A stretch of DNA of 64,000 nt from Patescibacteria group bacterium UBA6017 (lineage in GTDB: Bacteria > Patescibacteriota > Saccharimonadia > UBA4664), in NCBI GenBank assembly GCA_002429485.1, contig DIZX01000011.1, forward strand, positions 55,258 to 119,257, written 5' to 3'. Position numbers and translations under genes: made by a program. Numbering within the stretch: the stretch's first letter is position 1; every line of letters begins with the position of its first letter. Shown in pieces: positions 37,801 through 45,232 of this stretch. The notes beneath the pieces are model-generated. The model had not been told where the DNA came from, made no database searches, and was given only the letters and a program-made list of their open reading frames with translations.

Positions 37801-39726
37801 CGTTGTGCTTTGGTTCAAATTAATGCCAGCCGTGGCATTAGTAGTCCCAATCGCTAGCGTAGTAGTGCCGCTCGGCGTATCGAGCAGCGGCGTCAGCAGC
37901 GATGTATTGGCCCGGCCACTACCGCTGATCTGGAAATTGGCCGTTTGGTTAGCTCCGGTCTGATTCAAAATATAGCCAACCCCGGTAGTTCCGTCGCAGT
38001 TGCCCGAATCCAGACACAGGGTACCTCCGGCATTCGGGAAAATAATGCTGCGCGCCGCCGTCGGAGTGGCCACGGTAATGGTCGTCAGGTTCGTGTTCGT
38101 AGCGTCGTTAAATACCATGTTGCTCGAAGCCGCCAGCCCCTGGATCGACACCGACGTACCCGATGCCGTGGCCGCATTGCGCCCAATGTTCACACTTGGC
38201 GCGTTAGTGTTGCCCAGGTAAACATTACCTGCAAAGCCGCCGGCACTCTTAGCACCGGAATCGATCGTAACGTTACCGGTACTGGTACTTGTCCCGGTCC
38301 CGTCGCCCGACTTTATCGTCACAGTCCCGGTACTTAAGCCCGAGCCGCCCGAAGTATTGCCGGACCGCACCAGCAAAGCCGCCGACGCGCCGACACCATC
38401 AACCGTGCTCACCAGCGGCGCGATCAGTGACGTGGCGGCCGTCACCGTCCCCGTAAAACTGGCGGCACTGGTGATCGTTTGGCCATTTATCGTTCCGCTC
38501 GCCACGGCACCAGCCTGATTGACGCTGAACTTACTGCTCGCGTTCACTTGCAGATCGAGCAAATTGCCAGTGATACCGGTCGCTCCGTTCGCCAAAATCA
38601 GCGCCTGCCCAGCCGCCGGGTTGCCGCTGCCCACTACCGTCAAACCCGAGCCGGTGTTGTTGCCATTATCGAGCTTGAGTACCCCGCTGGCCACAGCCGA
38701 GCTGCTGTTCGTAAATCCATACAGGAAGTTCGTGGCCGTCACGGCGAAGCTCGAGGTATCAGTGGCGTTTTTGGCCAAGTACCCCGTTGCGCTCGCCACC
38801 TGATAAGTCGCCGAGCAGGTGCTGGCCGTGGTAGTACACAGCGTGCCGCCCGCATCCGGGAAAATTATTGAACGAGGGGCAGTCGGCGCAGCAAAACTCA
38901 CGGTGGTCGTATTGGCGCCGCTGGTAGCCGTAAACGTGCTGCTGGAGTTGCCCTGTACCAAAAATGGCGTTGTCGTGCGACCAATGTTCACGCTCGATGC
39001 TATCCCGGTCCCCACATTGAGCGCCACCGCCGTAGCCGTATCCACTAACGGCGCCTGCAAGCCTGTGGCGGCAGCCACCGTGGCGCCCGAAGTCACGTTG
39101 CCGTTAACGTTCAGGAACCCGCTCTGCGCCGAACCGGGCGAAAGCTGAGCAAAGTCCGTCGCGTGCAAGCCCTGCAGCGCGTCCGAGTTCAGCGCGTAGG
39201 GCGAAGCCGTAAACCTCACAAACGGCAGCATTTCGCCGTCACCCGAGCAGCTCGTAAACGGCGTGCAGGTAGCATTCGTGTTGCCCAAGTTGATGCTCAT
39301 CCAGATGGTGTTGTTGTTGAAAATCGCCGGCAGGCTGGTGATTGAACCCAAGTTGACCTGGAAAATGCCGTCCGTCACGGTCACTCCCTGCGAGCTGTTG
39401 CGCAGCCAATCCTCAGTCCACTGCAAGGTACCGCCGCAAGGCGACGACCCGCCGCCCACACACCCGGCACCAGCGGTGTAAAGCTTGAATTCCAGGTTGT
39501 AGGTCCCATTAGGGATGTTGGTGCCGTTCGCATTTGCCAGCTTGCCCTGGAAATTTATGGCCGAGTTTATGGTAGCTTGAGCCCCCGGCGCCGGCCACGC
39601 CACCGCCGCCATACTCACCAATACGCCAAAAACACCAATCGCCGCAAAGGCCTTGGTTACCATGTGCCGGCTGAAAACACCGGTTACCCTACCTATGCGC
39701 CTTTGGAGACGTCGGGGGATCTTCAC
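31837..39726 (-). CDS. giant secreted tail-fibre/adhesin-like protein 2 (2629 aa) with two CBM4/9-like domains
   Basis: Signal (GAQA); FQGKL..GTYNLEFKLY..TLQWTEDW..GIFQVNLG..DGEMLP domain shared with protein 1; three GNLLDLQ..F.V repeats; NLILNPGAE..YTVSFYAK..WTRVTC..YLDGVQL domain plus a second copy; GSMYYDT..IQC..W; no C-terminal anchor. Confidence 0.85.
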   Translation of the reverse strand: MKIPRRLQRRIGRVTGVFSRHMVTKAFAAIGVFGVLVSMAAVAWPAPGAQATINSAINFQGKLANANGTNIPNGTYNLEFKLYTAGAGCVGGGSSPCGGTLQWTEDWLRNSSQGVTVTDGIFQVNLGSITSLPAIFNNNTIWMSINLGNTNATCTPFTSCSGDGEMLPFVRFTASPYALNSDALQGLHATDFAQLSPGSAQSGFLNVNGNVTSGATVAAATGLQAPLVDTATAVALNVGTGIASSVNIGRTTTPFLVQGNSSSTFTATSGANTTTVSFAAPTAPRSIIFPDAGGTLCTTTASTCSATYQVASATGYLAKNATDTSSFAVTATNFLYGFTNSSSAVASGVLKLDNGNNTGSGLTVVGSGNPAAGQALILANGATGITGNLLDLQVNASSKFSVNQAGAVASGTINGQTITSAASFTGTVTAATSLIAPLVSTVDGVGASAALLVRSGNTSGGSGLSTGTVTIKSGDGTGTSTSTGNVTIDSGAKSAGGFAGNVYLGNTNAPSVNIGRNAATASGTSVSIQGLAASSNMVFNDATNTNLTTITVATPTAARSIIFPNAGGTLCLDSGNCDGTTGVGYILNQTGANQTANFQISGSGRANTSLLTPLLDTPSGTTTLAIGTTNATAGINLNQSTTILSGKSLTVAGGAVTQSGGAVSLSANAASSFTTSAGALTLTAAAASLWGTSAGDLGVYATANLNLGNQGGTAINIGTNAAAHTIAVGTDATNAQSITAGSTNSGSTVTSKAGALSETLSNTGDAIRTGTSSAGNTATALQIQNGQGAAVLGVGTNDTNLILNPGAEVAFGSEWAAYGTNTTVARNTSNAWNGAASVSVVVAPSTATRGAQNNLGAALSASTAYTVSFYAKLKTGDPAFADVAAAYSRDGTAGTETACSSYNTQTVVSGGWTRVTCTFTSSATAGNASAYIVIRQTAGAARTFYLDGVQLEQTSNVANAYGAGTLQVDTAVSSPIMLQNTENSTTALSVQNAAGVTQFAVDTLNSQATVSGQLNVVGTLQTNTITPTGTLTIGATGQQLTLQGNASTSLSATGGGFTTTLAFTGSPTGAVTYNLDRSVTTGSYLICTDAVGSCDSSTGYIRKGVEETDNVTVTTSGHSLLTLNNGGSGSTSVLTISNGSGLNSALSVTSAANLNAGNATIFASNTLNNATGNLLDLQSTQSATLASRFAVDMNGNATQSGGTSTTDTLNGQRISSAANFTGTVTEAGALTVSAGGAGITGNSSVTGTLGVTSVLSVTGTGAAELIVSGAPAVSNASSLVQIGGAAISSGSVNGTYIGLNTSGATTADLLNLQNNNNSEFKVTSAGVANATSGFSVGGTSGSSFGACGAGQYVSLFQASGGLVVGGSCTALPSTGGFLAKNQTATETSSGGVAGDFYDFTNTNSGSSANVLTLTNGGTGNALKVTSTLNPAAGNALIFASDTNAAPSGNLLDLQAGAAPTSRFAVDASGNLTMAGNIDSAVGISIGTGTATSVTLGKSTTTVKTNGTALIGNAAGSGALVNNGSTVNSVYTMADLSGGGWDAGGAAATVDIYTYIAAHQLTGSQTLTPPTPSASGTYGRIVYITNTGTTSFSILGSTVSAGSSATLVWANVNGVGTWTFAGADNNGIQNQSSADQTGSFRITLTGRANTSFTAPLFDTISASQLNLGTSTANAVSIGKTANTTTINGSTTVGTVASATLFKNNGATQNVVCAYTGVSGTITLTTAGKTVNDCTAFTITDTGATTISAIASPTAGAGSIIYINNLSASTNAITILGQTLVVGNSQMFVYDGTNWTNGGAVSTNLQGAYNNSSGAAPSILETAANKALTVQSAIASGMSAGQEIFGVRDAHTSDTLGNSIFSVSSYGLGVNVGGTAQNPALQSGIDLQLGMSADRIIAVADQTTVATAGAALTVRSAAGNTSGTGGNLILVGGAGGTSGVGGAASLKGGAAGGGNTAGGAVTVQGGASTGTGTGGMTTLAGGAASATGAGGFVVISAANGGSSAANGVGPGGNITLQAGSAAGSNDNDGGNITLTAGAKTGTNGIPGVVKIGSPVFTSVSETFTQTGNNQAFNSGTDPALLTNLNTYGTVVMNVAGAFTGATITMPSPTNAIAGRVVYVSAGSSSVAFTLAATGMSGVNMSSGNTATLVWNGTAWSGTTTASSLQQVYNNTSTAPASIITTSTTKNILFQAGVGDDNANVFQVGNSAAAPVISIDTTNTATGFNLASNGGVEVGGVTGWTAFTGTGSASITQNVTAANLASGIGSVDVAITGTGTGGANNALSATALTSSRLYAVSFNIKSSSGTPTIAVQYYKDATPTLDATCNVPTNGTVNSTGFFKYTCYFTTSASGQTTGNFLRISKTDASTIAHIYIDNLAVVAQNTTGTKNTGSLRVGGPLSQGLTLLTLDTFAAVPFTGTVNQDLYGSMYYDTTLGRIQCYEIDGWGSCGAAPDSNLILEPEYAGAVLNPGLGADTHIGTVTANICSGSSRMSIQATEGTICASTEEYNFYRWTTSQVTAQTYSIFVKYQLPPTFGGFASDSTIQMVGRVSSTTDASIAYAVFQNDGTECGGNPAGTTTVTTSNNTWQTVAYNGNEATTCTFAPNDIVTFRVDMSSKNNAYAYASQITFTMKGK

Positions 39727-39808
39727 ACAACCACACAGTTACACCCTAAGCATAGCCGTTTTCAGATATAAACACAAGAGTTTTGAGGCTATGTACTATA
39801 CTAACGTT

Positions 39809-40663
39809 ATGCTTAATCTATATCTGAAGAATCACCTTAAATTCCTGTCCGTACTTGCCCTAACTCTTTGCATAAACACCGCATCATTTGCCGCCGAACC
39901 TACGCCGTTGCCGTCCCCCTCCGCCGCTCCCGGGGCAACCGAAGCCGTCACCGACTTCACCTCTACCGCTGAGCTTACTCATCAAGGTACGCTCGATGTC
40001 CACGAGCACATTACCTACGACTTCGGACCTGCCGATCCCCACACCATCAACCACCGAATTCTGATCGGCTACTCCGACGACCAGGGCAACCTCCTGCAAA
40101 GCAAATTCGTACTGCTCTCGAGCACCCAAAATGACCAACCTCTAGCCCTTCACCCCGACATCAATGGCACCGTCGCCAACATCAACCTTCCACCGGGCAG
40201 CAGCTCCGGTCCCCGCCGTTACTCACTGCACTATACCCTCTCGCCAGCGGTACTGGCCGGGCCGGATGCAGATGTGTTTAAATACAGCGTTACCGGCCTC
40301 GGCTGGACCGTCCCCATCAACCAGGTATCCATCGTGCTCACCACTCCCGGACTGACCCCGCAGACCCTCACCTGCTACACTGGTGCCGGTGGTAGCACTA
40401 CCAGCAGCTGCCGAGTTAGCGAACATGGCAGCACCTCCTCAATCGTCACCGACGCCGTTCTGACGCCAGGCGAAAGCCTTAGCCTCTACACCGGCTTCCC
40501 CATGCATTCGTTCACCGACTATTACAACTCCTGGAACGTCCAGTCACTTTGGCCGTTTCTAGTCGCAGCCATCGCTATCATCGCAATGTTGATAGCCATC
40601 CCCCTGCTACTGCGCCGCCGCAAACACCAGACCGACATACCTGATTCAGAGCCGGAAAAATAA
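39809..40663 (+). CDS. DUF2207-like exported domain with a single C-terminal TM
   Basis: GTLDVHEHITYDF, Y.LHYT, YSVTGLGWTVPI.QVSI, CYTG..GST, L.PGESL; TATACT 6 nt before ATG 39809. Confidence 0.7.
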   Translation: MLNLYLKNHLKFLSVLALTLCINTASFAAEPTPLPSPSAAPGATEAVTDFTSTAELTHQGTLDVHEHITYDFGPADPHTINHRILIGYSDDQGNLLQSKFVLLSSTQNDQPLALHPDINGTVANINLPPGSSSGPRRYSLHYTLSPAVLAGPDADVFKYSVTGLGWTVPINQVSIVLTTPGLTPQTLTCYTGAGGSTTSSCRVSEHGSTSSIVTDAVLTPGESLSLYTGFPMHSFTDYYNSWNVQSLWPFLVAAIAIIAMLIAIPLLLRRRKHQTDIPDSEPEK

Positions 40664-40673
40664 CCGTCTGCGT

Positions 40674-41630
40674 TTAGCGGCGTCGCCGCTTTAGCCAGCC
40701 CCTCGGACGACCCCACAACCACCAGGCCAAACCGGCCGCTGCCAGCAACCCCGCGCCTATCACCAGCCAGATTATAATCGCTCCGGTATACACAAAGTCC
40801 TGTTCAAAACTACGCATCTGCGAAGTGCCGTCGTACCGGTAACTCGTCACTATCCGGTACCGGCCCGGCCACCAAGCCCGTGCCACGGGGATGAATTCCG
40901 TAGTGTAGTTTCGGTAGGTTTCCGGCAATATTACTTTGCTATCTTCATTGATTGCGCCACGCACAACCTCCTTGCCGAATGGGTCTTTCACGCTCACAAT
41001 ACCGCGTGGCACCACGTGCACGTTACCGGTATTACGATATCGCTGGGTTGCTTCATTTGGCAGCCGCCACCAACTCGCGTTAGATTTTTGGCTCTGCAAA
41101 GCTAGTTCCTGCTTTAACCCGCCTTCTTTGGTGACCAGTAGTAAGCTCGACAATACTTGTTTTACCCCCACGCTATCGCTGCGGCCGCCGCCAGCCGTAA
41201 GTGCGGTAGCGAGCAATGCGCCATAATGCCCGCCTGGCGCGAGGGAATCTTTGTTGATAATCGTTACCGGTATCGTTACTGACTTACCTGCCGGTACACT
41301 CAACGCGGTCTCAGGCAAAACCATCCAATTAGCTAATCCGTATTTATGATCTAGCTCGGCTGTCGCTGTCCCCAGAAAAGCCACCCCGCCATCTTCATCC
41401 AGGCTCCCAAAATCCAACATGCTCAATGCAAACGCCTGGTCTTGCGCGTTATGATTCGTTAACTGAACGTCATATGTCACCCGGGACTGATCCTTGGCGA
41501 TATCGATCTGCCCATATGCCGGCGACACCGCAAAGCCGCTGTTTGCTAGTGCGTATGCTCCGGCTCCGGACCACAATCCGCTCCCGAGCACGCAGACGGC
41601 CGCCGCAAGGCGCCCCCCATTACGCCACAC
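40674..41630 (-). CDS. DUF916/PapD-like protein with C-terminal TM
   Basis: GFAVSPAY..V.LTN; LAPGGHYGALL; NTGNVHVVPRG; ILPETYR; C-terminal TM + RRRR. Confidence 0.72.
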   Translation of the reverse strand: MWRNGGRLAAAVCVLGSGLWSGAGAYALANSGFAVSPAYGQIDIAKDQSRVTYDVQLTNHNAQDQAFALSMLDFGSLDEDGGVAFLGTATAELDHKYGLANWMVLPETALSVPAGKSVTIPVTIINKDSLAPGGHYGALLATALTAGGGRSDSVGVKQVLSSLLLVTKEGGLKQELALQSQKSNASWWRLPNEATQRYRNTGNVHVVPRGIVSVKDPFGKEVVRGAINEDSKVILPETYRNYTTEFIPVARAWWPGRYRIVTSYRYDGTSQMRSFEQDFVYTGAIIIWLVIGAGLLAAAGLAWWLWGRPRGWLKRRRR

Positions 41631-42698
41631 TTAGCGTCTCCGCAGCCGCTTCAAGCGATGCGTTACGCGCCGCAAGGTTCCGCGAACCATCAGGTACACT
41701 CCCAATCCCACCAGCACGACCACTACGAGCACCGCCAGCAAGAAGCGCCAGGGTATCACCCAGAACGTCAGCGTCGCCTCAATCGGGACGTCATTGTGCC
41801 CGTTGTCGTACACCGCAAAGAGCTCAGCCGTGTATTTGCCCATCCGGATCTTACTAAACGGATTGTTACCGCCGGCATTCCAGCTCAACGCCTGAACCTG
41901 GTGGCCTTTATTGTCGATTTTTACGCTCCCGTTCACGAGCACATCCTGAAACGCCGGGTAGCCGTCGGTCCACTTCGCTGGGAAAATACGTACTGATTGC
42001 GGCAGAATATTTCCCCCGCCGGCATTGATCGGCAGCACCCCTATTTGTTTCCCGTTCTGTTTTATAAATACATCACCGTGTGGCACTGCGTGGACATTAC
42101 CGGTGTTATCCAGGCTCACATTGAAGGAACTTGGCAAAAACTCATAGATCCGATGAATAGATGCAAACGATTTCAAGACGAGAGTTCGGTTAGCATTCGG
42201 ATTGCGCGCTTCCAGCAACACCAGTACGGCTGTCGCGCCGGCGATCGAGTTGGTCCGGTTGTCGCGGTGAACATCGTCGCCCACTCTGGAAAACACCGCC
42301 GCATAGTAGTATCCGAACGCTGCGGTTTTCGGCAAGCTGATCGTCATATGCACCGTCTGCCAAACATTGGCGGGGGCGTCAAACTCTGTCTTATCAAACT
42401 TCACCCACTTCACGAACTCGTCGCCCGGCTCGGGATCCATCAGTTTCGGCTTGCCCTGATCCCCAAACGCCCCAAATTTCTGCAGCTTCACTTGCAGCTT
42501 CGCGTCGCCCGGCCCTGCCTGCTTCACCCGAATATCTGTCGTCACAGTTGTTCCTGGATCTGCTACCAAACTAATCGGCAGCGGCGACGTCTCCAGGACC
42601 AGCGGATGCAAATCATCCGCGGCTATTGCCGTTGCCGGCCCCAGCAAACTGCTAAAAGCCAAACATAAACTTATAACCCCTAATACAACACGCTTCAT
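41631..42698 (-). CDS. DUF916/PapD-like protein with C-terminal TM
   Basis: LETSPLPISLVADPGTTV; LPKTAAFGYYYA; NTGNVHAVPHG; NILPQSVR; FWVIPW + TM + basic tail. Confidence 0.75.
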   Translation of the reverse strand: MKRVVLGVISLCLAFSSLLGPATAIAADDLHPLVLETSPLPISLVADPGTTVTTDIRVKQAGPGDAKLQVKLQKFGAFGDQGKPKLMDPEPGDEFVKWVKFDKTEFDAPANVWQTVHMTISLPKTAAFGYYYAAVFSRVGDDVHRDNRTNSIAGATAVLVLLEARNPNANRTLVLKSFASIHRIYEFLPSSFNVSLDNTGNVHAVPHGDVFIKQNGKQIGVLPINAGGGNILPQSVRIFPAKWTDGYPAFQDVLVNGSVKIDNKGHQVQALSWNAGGNNPFSKIRMGKYTAELFAVYDNGHNDVPIEATLTFWVIPWRFLLAVLVVVVLVGLGVYLMVRGTLRRVTHRLKRLRRR

Positions 42699-42707
42699 TG
42701 AATTTGC

Positions 42708-43808
42708 CTAAAAATTACCCGCACCGACAACCGTTATGGAATCGGTATAATCTGTACCTGCCGGCGTCACCCCTGAGATGGCTGCGCGCTCGGTCATCGT
42801 TATCACATCCCCGTTGGCCGTTCCGGTTGGCGGCGTACCGCTTGTGCCGGTGCAGGACCCAATTGGCTGATACGTGCTCGCTAGCGTTCCGCCCGACCTC
42901 GTCGGCTGCGCCTGTGTAGTGCCGTCATAATCAGCATTAATACCCACTATACAACCATCTGTAGCGTCGGTGGTCAAAAGTACGTCCATCACGAATCCCT
43001 CGACACCGGGAACCAGCTGTGTACTCAGGCTGTCACCTACGGTACCTGTGGTCGGTAGCGTATAAGATGCGGCCGCCGAATGCAGACCCTGATACAGGTC
43101 CTTGGCCCAGGCGATCCACCCCCCTTTGGCGTTCGTGATAAAGGTCGAGGTCACGCCGGAGGTAGACACCACCGACAGCGGATCGAGGTTCGTTGTAAAA
43201 CTATCGGTATAACCGCTCAGCGTCATAATGAATGACGGCGGAACCACCGCGGTGATCACAATGGTATCGTCGGTGTTATTGGCCAGCGCAATCGGAGTCT
43301 GATCAATCGTGGCATTACCCGAATCTTGCGTCGTTATCGATGCCTGCTGGCTGTTAGCCGCCGCCACCGCGGTAGTTGCCGTACTCACCGCCGCAAAATT
43401 GAAGCAGTAGAGCGTCGATGAGCTCGCTAGGTCGGTCGAGGGGAAAATCGCTGTATGCGCCCCGTTATTCACTGCAGTAGCAGTTGCAATGCCAGGCCAA
43501 GCTGTGGCGCCAGTTGGTAAGTTTGTAGTAGTTACAGTCCAGTTGGCGGCAGTTGTGTTGAGAGTATATGTCGTCGGGAACGTGATCATAATATGAGCTT
43601 CGGTCGAAGCCAGGTTTACGACCGACGGTTTCGCACACACCATACCGCCGGTAGCCGTATTCACCTTCATCCTATCGAGACGTAGAAACGCTTCCTGAAA
43701 CTGAGCTGCAGCATCAGCACTACTAGGCAGAAAAGGTGCCGCGGCACTGAGGATCAGTACAACGATAACTACAACACGATACGGTAAGCGCTGGCTCCAG
43801 CTATGCAT
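42708..43808 (-). CDS. secreted WxL/SCPU-like fibre subunit candidate
   Basis: Signal; ITAVVPP; TNAKGGW; ends TPAGTDYTDSITVVGAGNF; promoter TTGCAT-17-TACACT upstream. Confidence 0.75.
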   Translation of the reverse strand: MHSWSQRLPYRVVVIVVLILSAAAPFLPSSADAAAQFQEAFLRLDRMKVNTATGGMVCAKPSVVNLASTEAHIMITFPTTYTLNTTAANWTVTTTNLPTGATAWPGIATATAVNNGAHTAIFPSTDLASSSTLYCFNFAAVSTATTAVAAANSQQASITTQDSGNATIDQTPIALANNTDDTIVITAVVPPSFIMTLSGYTDSFTTNLDPLSVVSTSGVTSTFITNAKGGWIAWAKDLYQGLHSAAASYTLPTTGTVGDSLSTQLVPGVEGFVMDVLLTTDATDGCIVGINADYDGTTQAQPTRSGGTLASTYQPIGSCTGTSGTPPTGTANGDVITMTERAAISGVTPAGTDYTDSITVVGAGNF

Positions 43809-43916
43809 CTAAACTCCATCACACTAACTAACTGGTATCAGTGTATCGGAAGCATAAGAAGCATGCAAGGAGATTTATTGTCGCTGTCTTCAGCTTATTC
43901 GATCGTCGGCTCGCTC

Positions 43917-45077
43917 CTAGAAGTTACCTGCCCCGACAACCGTTATCGAGTCGGTGTAGTCGGTACCGGCAGGCGTACCACCACGGATCACGGCCCGCTC
44001 TACGAGATTCAAGATGTCGCCGTCGGACGTGGCCGGAGTTGCACCGGTGCAGTTGGCGATTGGCTGGTAGGCCGTGTTGTCGAGCACACCGCCTCCGAAG
44101 CCGGTCAGACTGCCATAGGCAGCGTCGAGGCCCACTGTGCACCCGGCGGCAGCGTCGGTATTGATCGTTACATCCATCACGTAGCCTTCACGACCCACAC
44201 CGCCGCCACTCGGAATGAGGTCAAAGAACGGGTTGCCCACAACTTTTGTCTGCGTCGGATATGGGTTCATGAGACCGGAGGCAATTGTGTAACTGCTCGT
44301 TACAGAATGCAGCCCAGCATACAGATCCTTGGCCCAGGCGATCCAACCTCCTGGTGCGTTGGTCGAGATGGTAGCGGTGCGGCCGGCAGTCGACACTATC
44401 GCTGTCGGGTCAAGGTTGGTAGCAAATGCATCTGCGTAGCCATCAAGTGCCAAGGTAAAGTTCGGAGGTACCACCGCGCTCACCACAATCGTATCGTCAG
44501 TAGTTACAGTGTAGGCCCAGTTGGTTTGGTTCGAGATCGTAGGCCCAGCCGAATCCTGAGCGTACAATGTACCGCCCGTGATGCCCGTTGAGCTCACAGC
44601 CGACCCATTTGTCAGCACCGCCGCTCCGGCCAGAGTCAGCCCGGCAACTTTGAAGCAGACCTGGCCGCCGGCTACCGTGAGGTCGCCCGATGCGAAAGTT
44701 ACGGTGTGACCGCTCACGCTAGTAGCATGTGTGGTGCCCGAAGTCATACCCGGCCAAAACGTCGACCCTGCAGGCAAGTTGTCATTCCAGGCGGTCCAGT
44801 TTGCCGCCGTCGAGTTAAGCGCGAAGTCGGTCGCGCCGGAGTCGGTCGGTATTACGATCACAACCTGATTTTCTGTTACGCCGGTGGTAGCCGCAGTCGG
44901 TGTAGCGCATACAGTCAAAGCCGTACCGGTCAATGCCTTAAACCTATCCGGACGCACAAACGCCTGTGCGAACACTGGCGGAGCAGCGCTAGCCGTACCT
45001 ACTAAGATTGGTACCGCTAATTCTGCTACTAATGCTGCTACGGCAGCTACTATTAACTTGATTTTTGGTTTGTTCAT
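43917..45077 (-). CDS. secreted WxL/SCPU-like subunit, putative major subunit of module 2
   Basis: Signal; VSAVVPP; TNAPGGW; ends TPAGTDYTDSITVVGAGNF; strong promoter and long A-rich leader. Confidence 0.75.
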   Translation of the reverse strand: MNKPKIKLIVAAVAALVAELAVPILVGTASAAPPVFAQAFVRPDRFKALTGTALTVCATPTAATTGVTENQVVIVIPTDSGATDFALNSTAANWTAWNDNLPAGSTFWPGMTSGTTHATSVSGHTVTFASGDLTVAGGQVCFKVAGLTLAGAAVLTNGSAVSSTGITGGTLYAQDSAGPTISNQTNWAYTVTTDDTIVVSAVVPPNFTLALDGYADAFATNLDPTAIVSTAGRTATISTNAPGGWIAWAKDLYAGLHSVTSSYTIASGLMNPYPTQTKVVGNPFFDLIPSGGGVGREGYVMDVTINTDAAAGCTVGLDAAYGSLTGFGGGVLDNTAYQPIANCTGATPATSDGDILNLVERAVIRGGTPAGTDYTDSITVVGAGNF

Positions 45078-45162
45078 TTGGTTTGACTTTTTCTTGCGTT
45101 TTTAATGCGTTTTTTCTTGGACTTTTATTTGGGTTTTTTCGTTGTTGAAAATACTTACGCTA

Positions 45163-45192
45163 ACTTTACCCCGAGCCCTCGGGTCGTGTCAA
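45163..45192 (-). promoter_or_regulatory. promoter TTGACA-18-TAAAGT with palindrome CCCGAG-nn-CTCGGG in the spacer
   Basis: Read directly; palindrome at 45170-45183. Confidence 0.65.
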
Positions 45193-45232
45193 CTATATTT
45201 ACAACACTTTTATCCACAAGCACTTTAGCCAA

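Noticed and set aside
10935-39726. Prophage or tailocin reading of the tail-fibre-like genes
   Set aside because: No capsid, terminase, portal, sheath, baseplate, integrase or lysis genes, and the fibres carry Sec-type signal peptides.
45210-45218. Perfect DnaA box TTATCCACA (another lies in a CDS at 21745)
   Set aside because: Isolated single boxes with no cluster or adjacent dnaA; not evidence for oriC.
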